A DNA stretch of 60,000 nt from Laetmonice hystrix. Its lineage: Eukaryota. The translations under genes were made by a program, and so were the position numbers. Shown here piece by piece: positions 1 through 13,560 of this stretch (the first letter of the stretch is position 1; every line of letters begins with the position of its first letter). Location of the stretch: contig OZ249436.1 of the NCBI GenBank assembly GCA_965235115.1, forward strand, positions 44,518,001 through 44,578,000, read 5' to 3'. The notes below the pieces were generated by a model. That model ran no database searches. It had not been told where the DNA came from and saw only the letters and a program-made list of their open reading frames with translations.

Positions 1-293
1 CTCAAGACTTTTAATGTTACAAGTAATTAGTAGGCCTACAAAACGGATGATTTCACAAGGTTTGGTTTCAAACAATTTTGTAATTGAGTAAGATAATTTT
101 ATGCGTCTGCGACCTCTCCCACCCCATCCCTTCCGCTGAAAGTGTATCAGTTGTATCTAGGGGGTCAAGCCCCCCCCCCCCACCCCACCCCCCACCGCGC
201 CAACACACCTGTTTCTGCACCGTGTGTTCATTACGTGTTCGAACATGTACACGTCGTATCCCACACAGCCAATGATCGGCACTCAGTCCCTTC

Positions 294-843
294 CATCATC
301 TGAAGTGTAACGAATGGTTCAGACGACTGTAATCAAACACACCCTGCTTCTAACCCATCATCTGATGAATGGTTCAGACGACTGTAATCAAACAACACAC
401 TCTCTAACCGATCATCTGAAGTGTAACGAATGGTTCAGACGACTGTAATCAAACACACCCTGCTTCTAACCCATCATCTGATGAATGGTTCAGACGACTG
501 TAATCAAACAACACACCCTCTAACCCATCATCTGAAGTGTAACGAATGGTTCAGACGACTGTAATCAAACAACACACCCTCTAACCGATCATCTGAAGTA
601 TAACGAATGGTTCAGACGACTGTAATCAAACAACACACCCTGCTTCTTACCGATCATCTGAAGTGTAACGAATGGTGCAGACGACTGTAATCAAACAACA
701 CACCCTGCTTCTAACCCATCATCTGAAGTGTAAGGAATGGTGCAGACGACTGTAATCAAACAACACACCCTCTAACCGATCATCTGAAGTGTAACGAATG
801 GTTCAGACGACTGTAATCAAACAACACACCCTGCTTCTAACCG
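294..843. repeat. Minisatellite, about 52-65 bp unit, about 9 copies
   Basis: CATCATCTGAAGTGTAACGAATGGTTCAGACGACTGTAATCAAACAACACACCC(TGCT)TCTAACC, with indel variants. Confidence 0.95.
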
Positions 844-1546
844 ACAAATTGGCACACCTGTTAGACGATGACAAATCGGCGACGTTTTGCCCCAGGACCT
901 CTCGCGTCTTTGTCTACAAGTGACAAAGATTAACACCATTTCCTGTCCTAATTAAGAACCAGGTTTTTAACGGTCGACACTTCCGATGGACAAAGTAGAT
1001 CATGCAACCAGTTAGAATTACACGTTTTCCTGTGTCCAAACGAGACACAATAAAACAAAAATTCGCTTCGTTTTTACGTCGGTACACAAGTTGTTGTCCA
1101 ACACTGCAGAAGATGGAGTCAGTTTGCAGGGCAAGTATCCCCATGCCGCCAGTATAGCTATGATCGGATCAGGAGATCATTTCTCACACACGTAATTGGC
1201 CTGTAGGAGTTTGTAATTGATACTCTGTACACTGCATGGTTTATTGTACAGCCACCAGCCCCCGCTGTACTCCCAGACATCGTCTGTCGCGACCAGCTGC
1301 ACGAGTTGTCCATGCCACCTGTTCCCGGTTACAGAAACACTGAATCTAATTTACAGTCACGTGACCTTATCTCCCTAGCTGACAGTTCTGACTGGTTGTC
1401 AACCCCCTGGCCAAAAAACAACAACCGTAGGATCAATTTGTCAATCCCCCCTCCCCTCGGACGCGGAGTGCATTGTCCGGGCTGGCTCCTTTGTGTACGT
1501 CATTGACGCACGTGTCTGTGGATCTGACCTACAACCATCATTACTC

Positions 1547-2345
1547 ACACCCTCAACTGACGCCTACATGGCACCCTCTACTGGCGCCTACATGACACCC
1601 TCTACTGACGCCTACATGGCACCCTCTACTGACGCCTACATGGCACCCTCAACTGACGCCTACATGGCACCCTCTACTGGCGCCTACATGGCACCCTCTA
1701 CTGACGCCTACATGGCACCCTCTACTGGCGCCTACATGGCACCCTCTACTGACGCCTACATGGCACCCTCTACTGGCGCCTACATGGCACCCTCTACTGA
1801 CGCCTACATGGCACCCTCTACTGACGCCTACATGGCACGCTCTACTGGCGCCTACATGGCACCCTCTACTGACGCCTACATGGCACCCTCTACTGACGCC
1901 TACATGGCACCTTCTACTGACGCCTACATGGCACCCTCTACTGGCGCCTACATGGCACCCTCTACTGACGCCTACATGGCACCCTCTACTGACGCCTACA
2001 TGGCACCCTCTACTGACGCCTACATGGCACCCTCTACTGACGCCTACATGGCACCCTCTACTGACGCCTACATGGCACCTTCTACTGACGCCTACATGGC
2101 ACCATCTACTGACGCCTACATGGCACCCTCTACTGGCGCCTACATGGCACCCTCTACTGACGCCTACATGGCACCCTCTACTGACGCCTACATGGCACCC
2201 TCTACTGACGCCTACATGGCACCCTCTATACTGACGCCTACATGGCACCCTCTACTGACGCCTACATGGCACCCTCTACTGACGCCTACATGGCACCCTC
2301 TACTGACGCCTACATGGCACCCTCTACTGACGCCCACATGGCACC
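1547..2345. repeat. Minisatellite, 24-bp unit, about 33 copies
   Basis: CGCCTACATGGCACCCTCTACTGA. Confidence 0.97.
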
Positions 2346-2881
2346 AACATTAATGAAGCTTGCCTTTAACATCCATACTTGACTACAAATTCTATTCATC
2401 CCTGTTTTTTAGATCTATCTGTTTTCTCAATTGATAGGAAATAAAGAAGGGTCGCCTGTTGTACTGTAGAAACTGTAAATAAGAAATACTACATTTTGGC
2501 CATTTTTATTTGATTTTTTTTTAATGCGGAATGTGTTGTGTGGGACAAACTTTACGAATGTCATACAGGTCGATGATATGTGGAATTATACCCAAGCTCT
2601 TAGTCCTAGCTATAACATTTTACGGTAAAATTAATGTGGTCTAAAATATTCAGCATACAGCCATGGCCATCATAATGTGTGAGTTGTCAGCCAGCAGTTT
2701 CAGACGTAATGTACATCCACCCTGCAGATGGCTTTGGTTCATATACGGCAATCAGATCTACATCCAGCAATACCTGTACTCTGCCGACATTTTCTGCGCC
2801 GATTTCATATTTGGTGATATTAAATCTGTTTTATTCCTGAATATCACAACTCTATTCTTCCTATGTACTATATACTGGTAC

Positions 2882-3322
2882 TGGTATACGTCCTGTGCCT
2901 TCTTGTCAACACATGGAAACTTCCGCAGTGGTTCCGGGGAGTTGTATACGTCCTGTGCCTTCTTGTCAACACATGGAAACTCCCACAGTGGTTCCGGGCA
3001 GTGGTATACGTACTATGCCTTCTTGTCAACACATGGAAACTCCCACAGTTGTTCCGGGGAGTGGTATACGTAGTATGCCTTCTTGTCAACACAGGGAAAC
3101 TTCCACAGTGGTTCCGGGCAGTGGTATACGTACTATGCCTTCTTGTCAACACATGGAAACTCCCACAGTTGTTCCGGGGAGTGGTATACGTACTATGCCT
3201 TCTTGTCATCACATGGGAACTCCCACAGTGGTTCCGGCTAGATCCACTTTTGGCACATTATACGTACCATGCCTTCTTGTCAACACATGGAAACTTGCAC
3301 GGTGGTTCCGCCTAGATCCACT
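2882..3322. repeat. Minisatellite, 60-bp unit, about 6 copies plus a partial
   Basis: GTGGTATACGTACTATGCCTTCTTGTCAACACATGGAAACTCCCACAGTGGTTCCGGGCA. Confidence 0.95.
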
Positions 3323-3669
3323 TCTTCCAAAAGTGACTTTTCCAAAAAAATTAATGAATATTGAATATTATGGCGTTAAATCTGAAGCACCTGGAATATT
3401 AGTACTCAGTAATGATGTTAAATTACCTCTGCATTACCATTGTGTTTTACTTGTAGTATGTCAAGAGGGCCCAATAATCTGAGAAAATAATAAAGACACG
3501 CGCATGGCAAGGAAGGCACATTGTCTTATAAAATGTCTGTCACATGAATACATAACGAAACACATGTATTTAAAAAGTTCAATAACGCACAGGGCCATGC
3601 TTGACACACATCAAAGTTCAATGTTCCCATCCAGAAATACCATGTCGTTCTTCTTGAGCATGTTATCTG

Positions 3670-4724
3670 CCTGGGTTGTGGACTGTCAGCACGAGTAGTA
3701 CCCTGGGTTGTGGACTGTCAGCCCGAGTAGTAACCTGGGTTGTGGACTGTCAGCCCGAGTAGTACCCAGGGTTGTGGACTGTCAGCCCGAGTAGTACCCA
3801 GGGTTGTGGACTGTCAGCCCGAGTAGTACCCTGGGTTGTGGACTGTCAGCCCGGGTAGTACCCTGGGTTGTGGACTGTCAGCCAGAGTAGTACCCTGGGT
3901 TGTGGACTGTCAGCCCGAGTAGTACCCTGGGTTGTGGACTGTCAGCCCGAGTAGTACCCGGGGTTGTGGACTGTCAGCACGAGTAGTACCCTGGGTTGTG
4001 GACTGTCAGCCCGAGTAGTACCCGGGGTTGTGGACTGTCAGCCCGAGTAGTACCCTGGGTTGTGGACTGTCAGCCAGAGTAGTACCCGGGGTTGTGGACT
4101 GTCAGCCCGAGTAGTACCCAGGGTTGTGGACTGTCAGCCCGAGTAGTACCCTGGGTTGTGGACTGTCAGCCCGAGTAGTACCCTGGGTTGTGGACTGTCA
4201 GCCCGAGTAGTACCCTGGGTTGTGGACTGTCAGCCCGAGTAGTACCCTGGGTTGTGGACTGTCAGCCCGAGTAGTATCCTGGGTTGTGGACTGTCAGCCC
4301 GAGTAGTACCCAGGGTTGTGGACTGTCAGCCCGAGTAGTACCCTGGGTTGTGGACTGTCAGCCCGAGTAGTACCCTGGGTTGTGGACTGTCAGCCCGAGT
4401 AGTACCCTGGGTTGTGGACTGTCAGCCCGAGTAGTACCCTGGGTTGTGGACTGTCAGCCCGAGTAGTACCCTGGGTTGTGGACTGTCACCACGAGTAGTA
4501 CCCAGGGTTGTGGACTGTCACCACGAGTAGTACCCTGGGTTGTGGACTGTCAGCCCGAGTAGTACCCTGGGTTGTGGACTGTCAGCCCGAGTAGTACCCA
4601 GGGTTGTGGACTGTCAGCCCGAGTAGTACCCAGGGTTGTGGACTGTCAGCCCGAGTAGTACCCTGGGTTGTGGACTGTCAGCCCAAGTAGTACCCTGGGT
4701 TGTGGACTGTCAGCCCGAGTAGTA
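3670..4724. repeat. Minisatellite, 32-bp unit, about 33 copies
   Basis: CCTGGGTTGTGGACTGTCAGCCCGAGTAGTAC. Confidence 0.97.
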
Positions 4725-4990
4725 TACTAACTTTGGCGTCAGGATCAGGCTTGTCTCAACTGGAGCGTGCTCTGTCATTCCCCACCCAGCTCTAGCAAGT
4801 CATGACATTTAAAGGTCTACCATGCTTAGTGTTCTTTCATATAGTGTTATTTTATTCATTTCTTCCCATTTCTTCCTCTTTTATAAAAAGGTTGAGATAC
4901 AGCAGGGAGGCAGTGTTGGTTGTGACCTTCATCTGTCGCGGCAATGTAGCCGGCTCCATCTTTCCTTGAAAAACGTTACACCGTTAAAAC

Positions 4991-5077
4991 GATGTTGTTG
5001 TTGTTGTTCTTGTTGTGTTGTTGTTGTTCTGGTGTTGTGTTGTTGTGTTGTTGTGTTGTGTTGTTGTGTTGTTGTTT
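4991..5077. repeat. (TTG)/(TTGTG) simple repeat
   Basis: Direct inspection. Confidence 0.85.
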
Positions 5078-5124
5078 AGGTTTGGATCAGTGTAATCCCA
5101 TGATACCACTATACCTATACTTAC

Positions 5125-5240
5125 AGAATGTGATCCACGTTGCCTACTCTCTCCATTAGATTCACATGCCGGTCATAAATGCCATCATTCACAGAGACGC
5201 AATTTCGCGGGCCAATTATTAGAGTTTTATAAAAGCTCAT
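5125..5240 (-). CDS. Candidate alternative first coding exon (MSFYKTLIIGPRNCVSVNDGIYDRHVNLMERVGNVDHI..) of the same minus-strand gene
   Basis: ATG, 38 codons plus 2 nt, then a GTAAGT donor in the same phase (2) as the 21670-21782 exon. It is preceded by a GC-rich, UTR-like unique segment lying between repeats. Confidence 0.35.
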
Positions 5241-5954
5241 GGATTGTAAAGACAGATGGGCGCAAGATGACAGTAGATTTGGCGCCGTGGACGAGTCGAT
5301 CGATTGGTTCGTGTCGGCCTGAGGACATAGATCGGCCAGGATGAGGGTCGGAGTGTCGCTCCGGGCGATGGTGGGAGCAAGACCCGGGTTGTGAGCTGAT
5401 AGAGGACCGTCCAGGGACTGCCTCCTCCGTACCCACTATACGAATCTCTCCGACCAGTCACGCAGCGCTAGCACAGGATCAATTGGCCCACATCCAGGCG
5501 GAATTGGCTTGAATCGGTAGACCAGTCTGCCAACCCATTTTGCCATCAGAATGTAGGTTAATCATCGGTGTAAGGGGTTGTACGAATAACAGACTGGTAC
5601 CAATGTCTATCACAGACACCAACAGGCCGCCCCCACCCCGCCCCGCCTCGCCTCGCCCAGCCCCAAGGCCACGCGCCCGTGAGGATAAAAATATGGATGA
5701 TTATTTGGACCTGATTTCTTCTTCTCTATTAAAAGCATGCTACCATTGAGAACTCACACACAAAGTCATCACAGTTGTGTACAATAGTACTTTGTGGGTA
5801 AAAAAATCCGCTGGTGCTCAGATGCCACATCCACTGAGAACGGATGCACGAAGTCCCTCCGTCCGATCCATCAAAGGTATTCCATTCACTCTGGCGGAAA
5901 ACGATGTCTGAAAGAGTCAGATATTTGGACGCGGTGGACCGATCGTTTCCATGC

Positions 5955-8104
5955 ATAGCTGTACAGTAAGCCAAGCCTTGAATGATCCCCTGAGACCATA
6001 GCTGTACAGGAAGCCAAGCCTTGAATGATGCCCCTGAGACCATAGCTGTACAGGAAGCCAAGCCTTGAATGATCCCCCTGAGACCATAGCTGTACAGGAA
6101 GCCAAGCCTTGAATGATCCCCCTGAGACCATAGCTGTACAGTAAGCCAAGCCTTGAATGATCCCCTGAGACCATAGCTGTACAGTAAGCTAAGCCTTGAA
6201 TGATCCCCTGAGACCATAGCTGTACAGGAAGCCAAGCCTTGAATGATCCCCTGAGACCATAGCTGTACAGTAAGCCAAGCATTGAATGATCCCCTGAGAC
6301 CATAGCTGTACAGTAAGCCAAGCCTTGAATGATCCCCCTGAGACCATATAGCTGTACAGTAAGCCAAGCCTTGAATGGTCCCCCTGAGACCATAGCTGTA
6401 CAGTAAGCCAAGCCTTGAATGATCCCCTAAGACCATAGCTGTACAGGAAGCCAAGTCTTGAATGATCCCCTGAGACCATAGCTGTACAGTAAGCCAAGCA
6501 TTGAATGATGCCCTGAGACCATAGCTGTACAGGAAGCCAAGCCTTGAATGATCCCCTGAGACCATAGCTGTACAGGAAGCCAAGCATTGAATGATCCCCT
6601 GAGACCATAGCTGTACAGTAAGCCAAGCATTGAATGATCCCCTGAGACCATAGCTGTACAGTAAGCCAAGCCAAGCATTGAATGATCCCCTGAGACCATA
6701 GCTGTACAGTAAGCCAAGCATTGAATGATCCCCTGAGACCATAGCTGTACAGGAAGCCAAGCCTTGAATGATCCCCTGAGACCATAGCTGTACAGGAAGC
6801 CAAGCATTGAATGATCCCCTGAGACCATAGCTGTACAGGAAGCCAAGCCTTGAATGATGCCCCTGAGACCATAGCTGTACAGTAAGCCAAGCCTTGAATG
6901 ATCCCCCTGAGACCATAGCTGTACAGTAAGCCAAGCATTGAATGATCCCTGAGACCATAGCTGTACAGTAAACCAAGCATTGAATGATCCCCTGAGACCA
7001 TAGTTGTACAGGAAGCCAAGCATTGAATGATCCCCTGAGAACATAGCTGTACAGGAAGCCAAGCCTTGAATGATCCCCTGAGACCATAGCTGTACAGTAA
7101 GCCAAGCCAAGCATTGAATGATCCCCTGAGACCATAGCTGTACAGTAAGCCAAGCATTGAATGATCCCCTGAGACCATAGCTGTACAGTAAGCCAAGCCA
7201 AGCATTGAATGATCCCCTGAGACCATAGCTGTACAGTAAGCCAAGCATTGAATGATCCCCTGAGACCATAGCTGTACAGGAAGCCAAGCCTTGAATGATC
7301 CCCTGAGACCATAGCTGTACAGGAAGCCAAGCATTGAATGATCCCCTGAGACCATAGCTGTACAGGAAGCCAAGCCTTGAATGATGCCCCTGAGACCATA
7401 GCTGTACAGTAAGCCAAGCCTTGAATGATCCCCCTGAGACCATAGCTGTACAGTAAGCCAAGCATTGAATGATCCCGTGAGACCATAGCTGTACAGTAAA
7501 CCAAGCATTGAATGATCCCCTGAGACCATAGTTGTACAGGAAGCCAAGCATTGAATGATCCCCTGAGAACATAGCTGTACAGGAAGCCAAGCCTTGAATG
7601 ATCCCCTGAGACCATAGCTGTACAGTAAGCCAAGCATTGAATGATCCCCTGAGACCATAGCTGTACAGTAAGCCAAGCCTTGAATGATGCCCCTGAGACC
7701 ATAGCTGTACGGTAAGCCAAGCATAGAATGATCCCCTGAGACCATAGCTGTACGGTAAGCCAAGCATAGAATGATCCCCTGAGACCATAGCTGTACAGGA
7801 AGCCAAGCCTTGAATGATCCCCTGAGACCATAGCTGTACGGTAAGCCAAGCATAGAATGATCCCCTGAGACCATAGCTGTACGGTAAGCCAAGCATAGAA
7901 TGATTCCCCTGAGACCATAGCTGTACAGTAAGCCAAGCATTGAATGATCCCGTGAGACCATAGCTGTACAGTAAGCCAAGCATTGAATGATCCCCTGAGA
8001 CCATAGCTGTACAGTAAGCCAAGCATTTAATGATCCCCCTAAGACCATAGCTGTACAGGAAGCCAAGCATTGAATGATCCCCTGAGACCAGCTGTACAGT
8101 AAGC
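5955..8104. repeat. Minisatellite, 43-bp unit (42-48 bp variants), about 49 copies
   Basis: CATAGCTGTACAG(T/G)AAGCCAAGC(C/A)TTGAATGATCCCCTGAGAC. Confidence 0.97.
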
Positions 8105-8358
8105 ATTCTAGGATTTCGTTCTTTTTCTGAGACGCCCTGTAAAGCATGTAGGAACCTGTGGCAAAGGATATGTTGTCGACGGAACCAAAAACATCTGGCA
8201 TCGCTCTGCGAAACAACGAGATAATTGGTATTGTAGAAGGCGAGAGAGATGACAGTTTTATTGCGAACGGTCGCTGCTCAGCGCCCTCATTCACTTGGAA
8301 TTCTGTAATCGCCAAACCTAATCCACAACCTAATCCTTTACCAGACAGGATCGTGTCG

Positions 8359-9066
8359 ACACCGGCATTGAGGTGTGTGTGTGGGGGGCGGGGATCCTAA
8401 CACCGGCATTGAGGTGTGTGTGTACGGGATCCTAACACCGGCATTGCGGCGTGTGTGGGATCCTAACACCGGCATTGAGGTGTATCTGTGTGGGATCCTT
8501 TCACCGGCATTGCGGCGTGTGTGGGATCCTAACACCGACATTGAGGTGTATCTGTGCGGGATCCTAACACCGGCATTGAGGTGTGTGGGGGGGGGGGATC
8601 CTAACACCGGCATTGAGGTGTATCTGTGTGGGATCCTAACACCGGTATTGAGGTGTGTGTGGGATCCTAACACCGGTATTGAGGTGTGTGTGGGATCCTA
8701 ACACCGGCATTGCGGCGTGTGTGGGATCCTAACACCGACATTGAGGTGTATCTGTGCGGGATCCTAACACCGGCATTGAGGTGTGTGTGTGGGGGGGTCC
8801 TAACACCGGCATTGAGGTGTATCTGTGTGGGATCCTAACACCGGTATTGAGGTGTGTGTGGGATCCTAACACCGACATTGAGGTGTATCTGTGCGGGATC
8901 CTAACACCGGCATTGAGGTGTGTGTGGGATCCTAACACCGGCATTGAGGTGTGTCTGGGTGGGGTCCTAACACCGACATTGAGGTGTATCTGTGTGGGAT
9001 CCTAACACCGGCATTGAGGTGTGTCTGGGTGGGGTCCTAACACCGACATTGAGGTGTATCTGTGTG
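8359..9066. repeat. Minisatellite, about 31-40 bp unit with a variable GT/G-rich tail
   Basis: GGGATCCTAACACCGGCATTGAGGTGT... repeated about 20 times. Confidence 0.95.
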
Positions 9067-9379
9067 GATGCCCGGACCCCCTGCCATCTTGTTTGTCTTT
9101 AGTTTAAATGAAATCTCTTAACAGGAAGTTAGTAAAAAGTGGTTTTTGCCCTGTCTAACACACCCTGACAGGCACATGTTCCCCAATCAACATGTGCCCA
9201 GGCCAGTATTACGTCTGTGCCAGTAAACTTCCATGCCTGGGTTGAGTCAGTTATCGTCTGAACTGTGTTTTTATGTTGCCGCAGAGTGTGTGGTGTATGG
9301 GTTGATCCGGTTCGCTATGTGAAAGGCCTGGTAAATTTTTGAGTCGTGTACAGGACCTAAATATACAGACCTGTGTACC

Positions 9380-9562
9380 CAGGCGCGGATCCAGGGGGGG
9401 GGGGTCCAGGGGGTCCGGACCCCCCTGCTCGGGACCAACTTAGGTTTTTGCTATGTTATCGGGGAAGGGCCCCAGAGGCTTGCCCCCTCCCCCAGCGGCT
9501 CGCATCTTTCGGACCCCCCCCCCCCCCCCCCCCAACTGCAAAAATTCCTGGATCCGCGCCTG
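9380..9562. mobile_element. MITE with CAG termini and 5-bp TSD (hAT5-like)
   Basis: Perfect 16-bp TIR CAGGCGCGGATCCAGG / CCTGGATCCGCGCCTG flanked by the direct repeat GTACC. Internal poly-G and poly-C runs. Confidence 0.85.
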
Positions 9563-10320
9563 GTACCTCTGTGTAAGTTGTTTGGGCCTGATAAAACGGA
9601 CGGAGGGGACGTAGGGGGGGTAAATTGTGGTCGGTAGTTCTGAAATGAGCGGGTATTAACTGGTTGATGAGAGCAGGGTGACTGAGGCCACTGATAAGGG
9701 ATTATACGAGTATCGGCCTACTGGCCAGCCTCCCCATTCTTCATCAGTGGCTGGTCGGCCAGTACATGGTAAACCTCCCTCAACGCTTTCATTGCCACTC
9801 ATCTTCTTTAATTAATATCAGTGAGAATATGGTGAAAATGGTCTGGCTATATCTGGACCGGCTGAGTATTGCATGGCAGAGTAACGGTAAACAACGCCTT
9901 TAAACTGAGCGGGAATGTGCTGAGATTGGCCTGACGGTCCGTGCGGGGCAGTTTAATCTTACATGGTCAGGGGAACAACGGTAAAGTCATTCAGAATAAT
10001 TACAGGAGTTGTTCACACTTTATGAACAACTTAAACAATATATCAGGAAGAACATTTTTAAACATGTTATAATTCATACAAGACCTAATCCTCCCTAGTC
10101 GATCTCAATGAATTCAATACTGATGTCTTGGCCCTAAAGCAACCAATAAAGCAACAACCAACCCCTGGCCCATACTCCCCAAGGCGTTACGAGATTGGTT
10201 TTATTAGCCCGATATAAAAGATTAATATTAATTGAAGACCCTGAATAAATCAGCTCAGTTCTGGCAACCTTATAACATGTTAGGATGTGATGGTGGTGAA
10301 GTAATCAGGGAAATTGGCTA

Positions 10321-11050
10321 GCGGTGTCTGTAAACTCTAAGGTGTTGGTTCCAGAAGCCTGTGAACTCTAAGGTGTTGGTTCCAGAAGCCTGTGAACTTT
10401 AAGGTGTTGGTTCCAGAAGCCGTGGTGGTGTCTGTGAACTCCAATGTGTTGGTTCCAGAAGCCGTGGCGGTGTCTGTAAACTCTAAGGTGTTGGTTCCAG
10501 AAGCCGTGGCGGTGGCTGTGAACTCTAAGGTGTTGGTTTCAGAAGCCGTGGCGGTGGCAGTGAACTCCAAGGTGTTGGTTCCAGAAGCCGTGGAGGTGTC
10601 TGTGAACTTCAATGTGTTGGTTCCAGAAGCCGTGGCGGTGGCAGTCAACTCTAAGGTGTTGGTTCCAGAAGCCGTGGCGGTGTCTGTGAACTCTAAGGTG
10701 TTGGTTCCAGAAGCCGTGGCGGTGTCTGTGAACTCTAAGGTGTTGGTTCCAGAAGCCGTGGCGGTGTCTGTGAACTCTAAGGTGTTGGTTCCAGAAGCCG
10801 TGGCGGTGTCTGTGAACTCTAAGGTGTTGGTTCCAGAAGCCGTGGCGGTGGCAGTGAACTCTAAGGTGTTGGTTCCAGAAGCCGTGGCGGTGTCTGTGAA
10901 CTCTAAGGTGTTGGTTCCAGAAGCCGTGGCGGTGGCAGTGAACTCTAAGGTGTTGGTTCCAGAAGCCGTGGCGGTGGCAGTAAACTCCAAGGTGTTGGTT
11001 CCAGAAGCCGTGGCGGTGTCTGTGAACTCTAAGGTGTTGGTTCCAGAAGC
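10321..11050. repeat. Minisatellite, 42-bp unit, about 17 copies
   Basis: CTCTAAGGTGTTGGTTCCAGAAGCCGTGGCGGTGTCTGTGAA. Confidence 0.96.
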
Positions 11051-11220
11051 TGGTGGCTGTGGTAAGCTGTTAAAGGTGTGGTTTCCCGGGTTTTACGAGC
11101 TCTCCCGCGGGCAATCGTCATCCGGGTTCCGTGAATGTTGCAACGGATAATGATGGCTTTACCCGCGACATGCAATGTGCCGGGGCATCATTTAACCCAC
11201 TTCTGGGGCTTGTGGGACAC

Positions 11221-11714
11221 CTCTCTCTGTCTCTGTCTCTCTGTCTGCCTCTCTGTCTCTGTCTCTTTGTCTGTGTCTGTGTCTCTCTGTCTGTCTTCCT
11301 GTCTGTCTGTCTGTGTCTCTCTGTCTGTCTCTCTGTCTGTGTCTCTCTGTCTCTGTCTCTCTGTCTCTGCCTCTGTCTCTATCTCTCTGTCTCTGTGTCT
11401 CTGTCTCTGCCTCTCTGTCTCTCTGTCTCTGTCTCTGTCTCTATCTCTCTGTCCCTATCTCTCTGTATCTCTGCCTCTGTCTATCTGTCTCTGTCTCTCT
11501 GTCTCTCTGTCTCTGTCTCCATCTCTGTCTCTCTGTCTGTCTCTCTGTCTGCCTCGGTCTCTGTCTGTCTTTCTGTCTGTCTGTCTCTGTCTCCCTGTCT
11601 CTGTGTCTTTCTTTATCTCTGTCTCTCTGTCTCTGTCTGTCTCTGTCTGTCTGTGTCTCTATCTCTCTGTCTCTATCTCTCTGTCTGTCTCTGTCTCTGT
11701 CTGTCTCCCTCTCT
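11221..11714. repeat. Compound (TC)/(TCTG)/(TCTCTG) microsatellite
   Basis: Pyrimidine-rich low-complexity tract. Confidence 0.95.
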
Positions 11715-11964
11715 CGGACCACTTGCTATAGTCCGTATCCAAGGGATTCCGCTTCGAGAGGATCATTCTATATGACATGGATATCAGTGTGGTCTGCAAC
11801 ATGTTAGATGGGCAAGATGTGCTACATCCTTCGCGGGTCAACATAAATCACCCAAAGCTATTTCTTCTTGAAGAGTACACAGGAGTTGTTCCTGGGTACT
11901 TGCTTGTGATCTTCTTTTTCATAAGAAAATATAATAGTAATAGTAACATGCAGGAGATTATCTA

Positions 11965-12117
11965 ACCCCAGTTTTTCAAAAATTCTCAACTTGAGTAAAG
12001 CTTACTCAAGTAAACTAACCGGATTCTGACTGACTTGTCTCCTTAGGCCAGCCAATCAGAAGCCTGTTAGTTTACTTAAAGCTTTACTCAAGTTGAGAAT
12101 TTTATAAAAACTGGGCC
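11965..12117. mobile_element. Palindromic MITE (Harbinger-like termini)
   Basis: Almost entirely an inverted repeat: CCCAGTTTTTCAAAAATTCTCAACTTGAGTAAAGCTT... / ...AAGCTTTACTCAAGTTGAGAATTTTATAAAAACTGGG, flanked by CTA and TAG. Confidence 0.75.
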
Positions 12118-12207
12118 TAGTTTTCGTAATACTCCGGAAGATTAATCTGATAATAACAACCCTTTATCATGTAATACATGTAATACATTCTGAGAGACGG
12201 GGGATTA

Positions 12208-13088
12208 TTACCAAGTGCCCTCTCTCGTATGGTGGGTGATGTCTGGGTGTTACCAAGTGCCCTCTCTCGTATGGTGGGTGATGTCTGTTACCAAGTGCCC
12301 TCTCTCGTATGGTGGGTGATGTCTGTTACCAAGTGCCCTCTCTCGTATGGTGGGTGATGTCTGTTACCAAGTGCTCCCTCTCGTATGGTGGGTGATGTCT
12401 GGGTGTTACCAAGTGCCCTCTCTCGTATGGTGGGTGATGTCTGTTACCAAGTGCCCTCTCTCGTATGGTGGGTGATGTCTGGGTGTTACCAAGTGCCCTC
12501 TCTCGTATGGTGGGTGATGTCTGGGTGTTACCAAGTGCCCTCTCTCGTATGGTGGGTGATGTCTGTTACCAAGTGCCCTCTCTCGTATGGTGGGTGATGT
12601 CTGTTACCAAGTGCCCTCTCTCGTATGGTGGGTGATGTCTGGGTGTTACCAAGTGCCCTCTCTCGTATGGTGGGTGATGTCTGTTACCAAGTGCCCTCTC
12701 TCGTATGGTGGGTGATGTCTGGGTGTTACCAAGTGCCCTCTCTCGTATGGTGGGTGATGTCTGGGTGTTACCAAGTGCCCTCTCTCGTATGGTGGGTGAT
12801 GTCTGTTACCAAGTGCCCTCTCTCGTATGGTGGGTGATGTCTGTTACCAAGTGCCCTCTCTCGTATGGTGGGTGATGTCTGTTACCAAGTGCCCTCTCTC
12901 GTATGGTGGGTGATGTCTGGGTGTTACCAAGTGCCCTCTCTCGTATGGTGGGTGATGTCTGGGTGTTACCAAGTGCCCTCTCTCGTATGGTGGGTGATGT
13001 CTGTTACCAAGTGCCCTCTCTCGTATGGTGGGTGATGTCTGTTACCAAGTGCCCTCTCTCGTATGGTGGGTGATGTCTGGGTGTTACC
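12208..13088. repeat. Minisatellite with 38- and 42-bp variants, about 22 copies
   Basis: TTACCAAGTGCCCTCTCTCGTATGGTGGGTGATGTCTG(+GGTG). Confidence 0.96.
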
Positions 13089-13560
13089 CTTCTTCTCGAT
13101 CCAAGAAGAGATTTTCTTTTTGTTTCAAAGCTTTCCGGTCTCAGTGGCAGCCTATGATTAAACCAGCTTTTACTAATAGCTCGACGAGATACGGTTAACA
13201 GACAGCAGAACCAAACGGTCCCGCGTTAACGACCCATTCTAAATTATCTCAATACTCTCCCGAGAACAAAACGGCACTGAGGAAATAATTAACAACTACG
13301 TGTTTAGTTAAATAGTCGCAGACGTTTAACTCACACACGAACTATACAATTACATTCGAAACAAACTCCTCACTAATGAACGCTATCGGTTGTTTCTCCG
13401 GCGTCTCGTGTAGTCATTAACGCCCCCCCCCCCGCCCCCGCCCCCGCCCCTGGGGGACACAGCCATGTTCAAGTGTTTGGTTCCATCGTAATCCATACAT
13501 TGACAAGTCGGAAAGTTAGACGCCAAGGTGTAAAGGTGGATTTCAAACTTTATGATGGTT

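Noticed and set aside
1493..2353. (APSTDAYM)n ORF
   Set aside because: It is a 24-bp minisatellite open on both strands, with a GTG start, a frameshift near the end and no splice or domain context.
5729..8315. Three overlapping long ORFs (765, 708 and 559 aa) on the minus strand
   Set aside because: They arise from a 43-bp unit with no minus-strand stop in any frame. The unit is not a multiple of 3 and has frequent indels, so there is no frame conservation.
294..9066. CRISPR-like appearance of regularly spaced, partly palindromic repeats
   Set aside because: The units abut directly with no unique spacers, there are no cas genes, and the context is eukaryotic with spliceosomal introns.
10337..11150. 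Thr-rich (EFTDTATASGTNTL)n ORF resembling an antifreeze or mucin repeat, and its antisense ORF
   Set aside because: It is a 42-bp minisatellite. The nearest upstream ATG (11121) is out of frame, and there is no signal peptide or convincing splice site.
11131..11807. Cys/Leu/Ser/Val- and Arg/Asp/Glu-rich ORFs
   Set aside because: These are translations of TC microsatellite. The same applies to 14590-14820 and 31657-31872.
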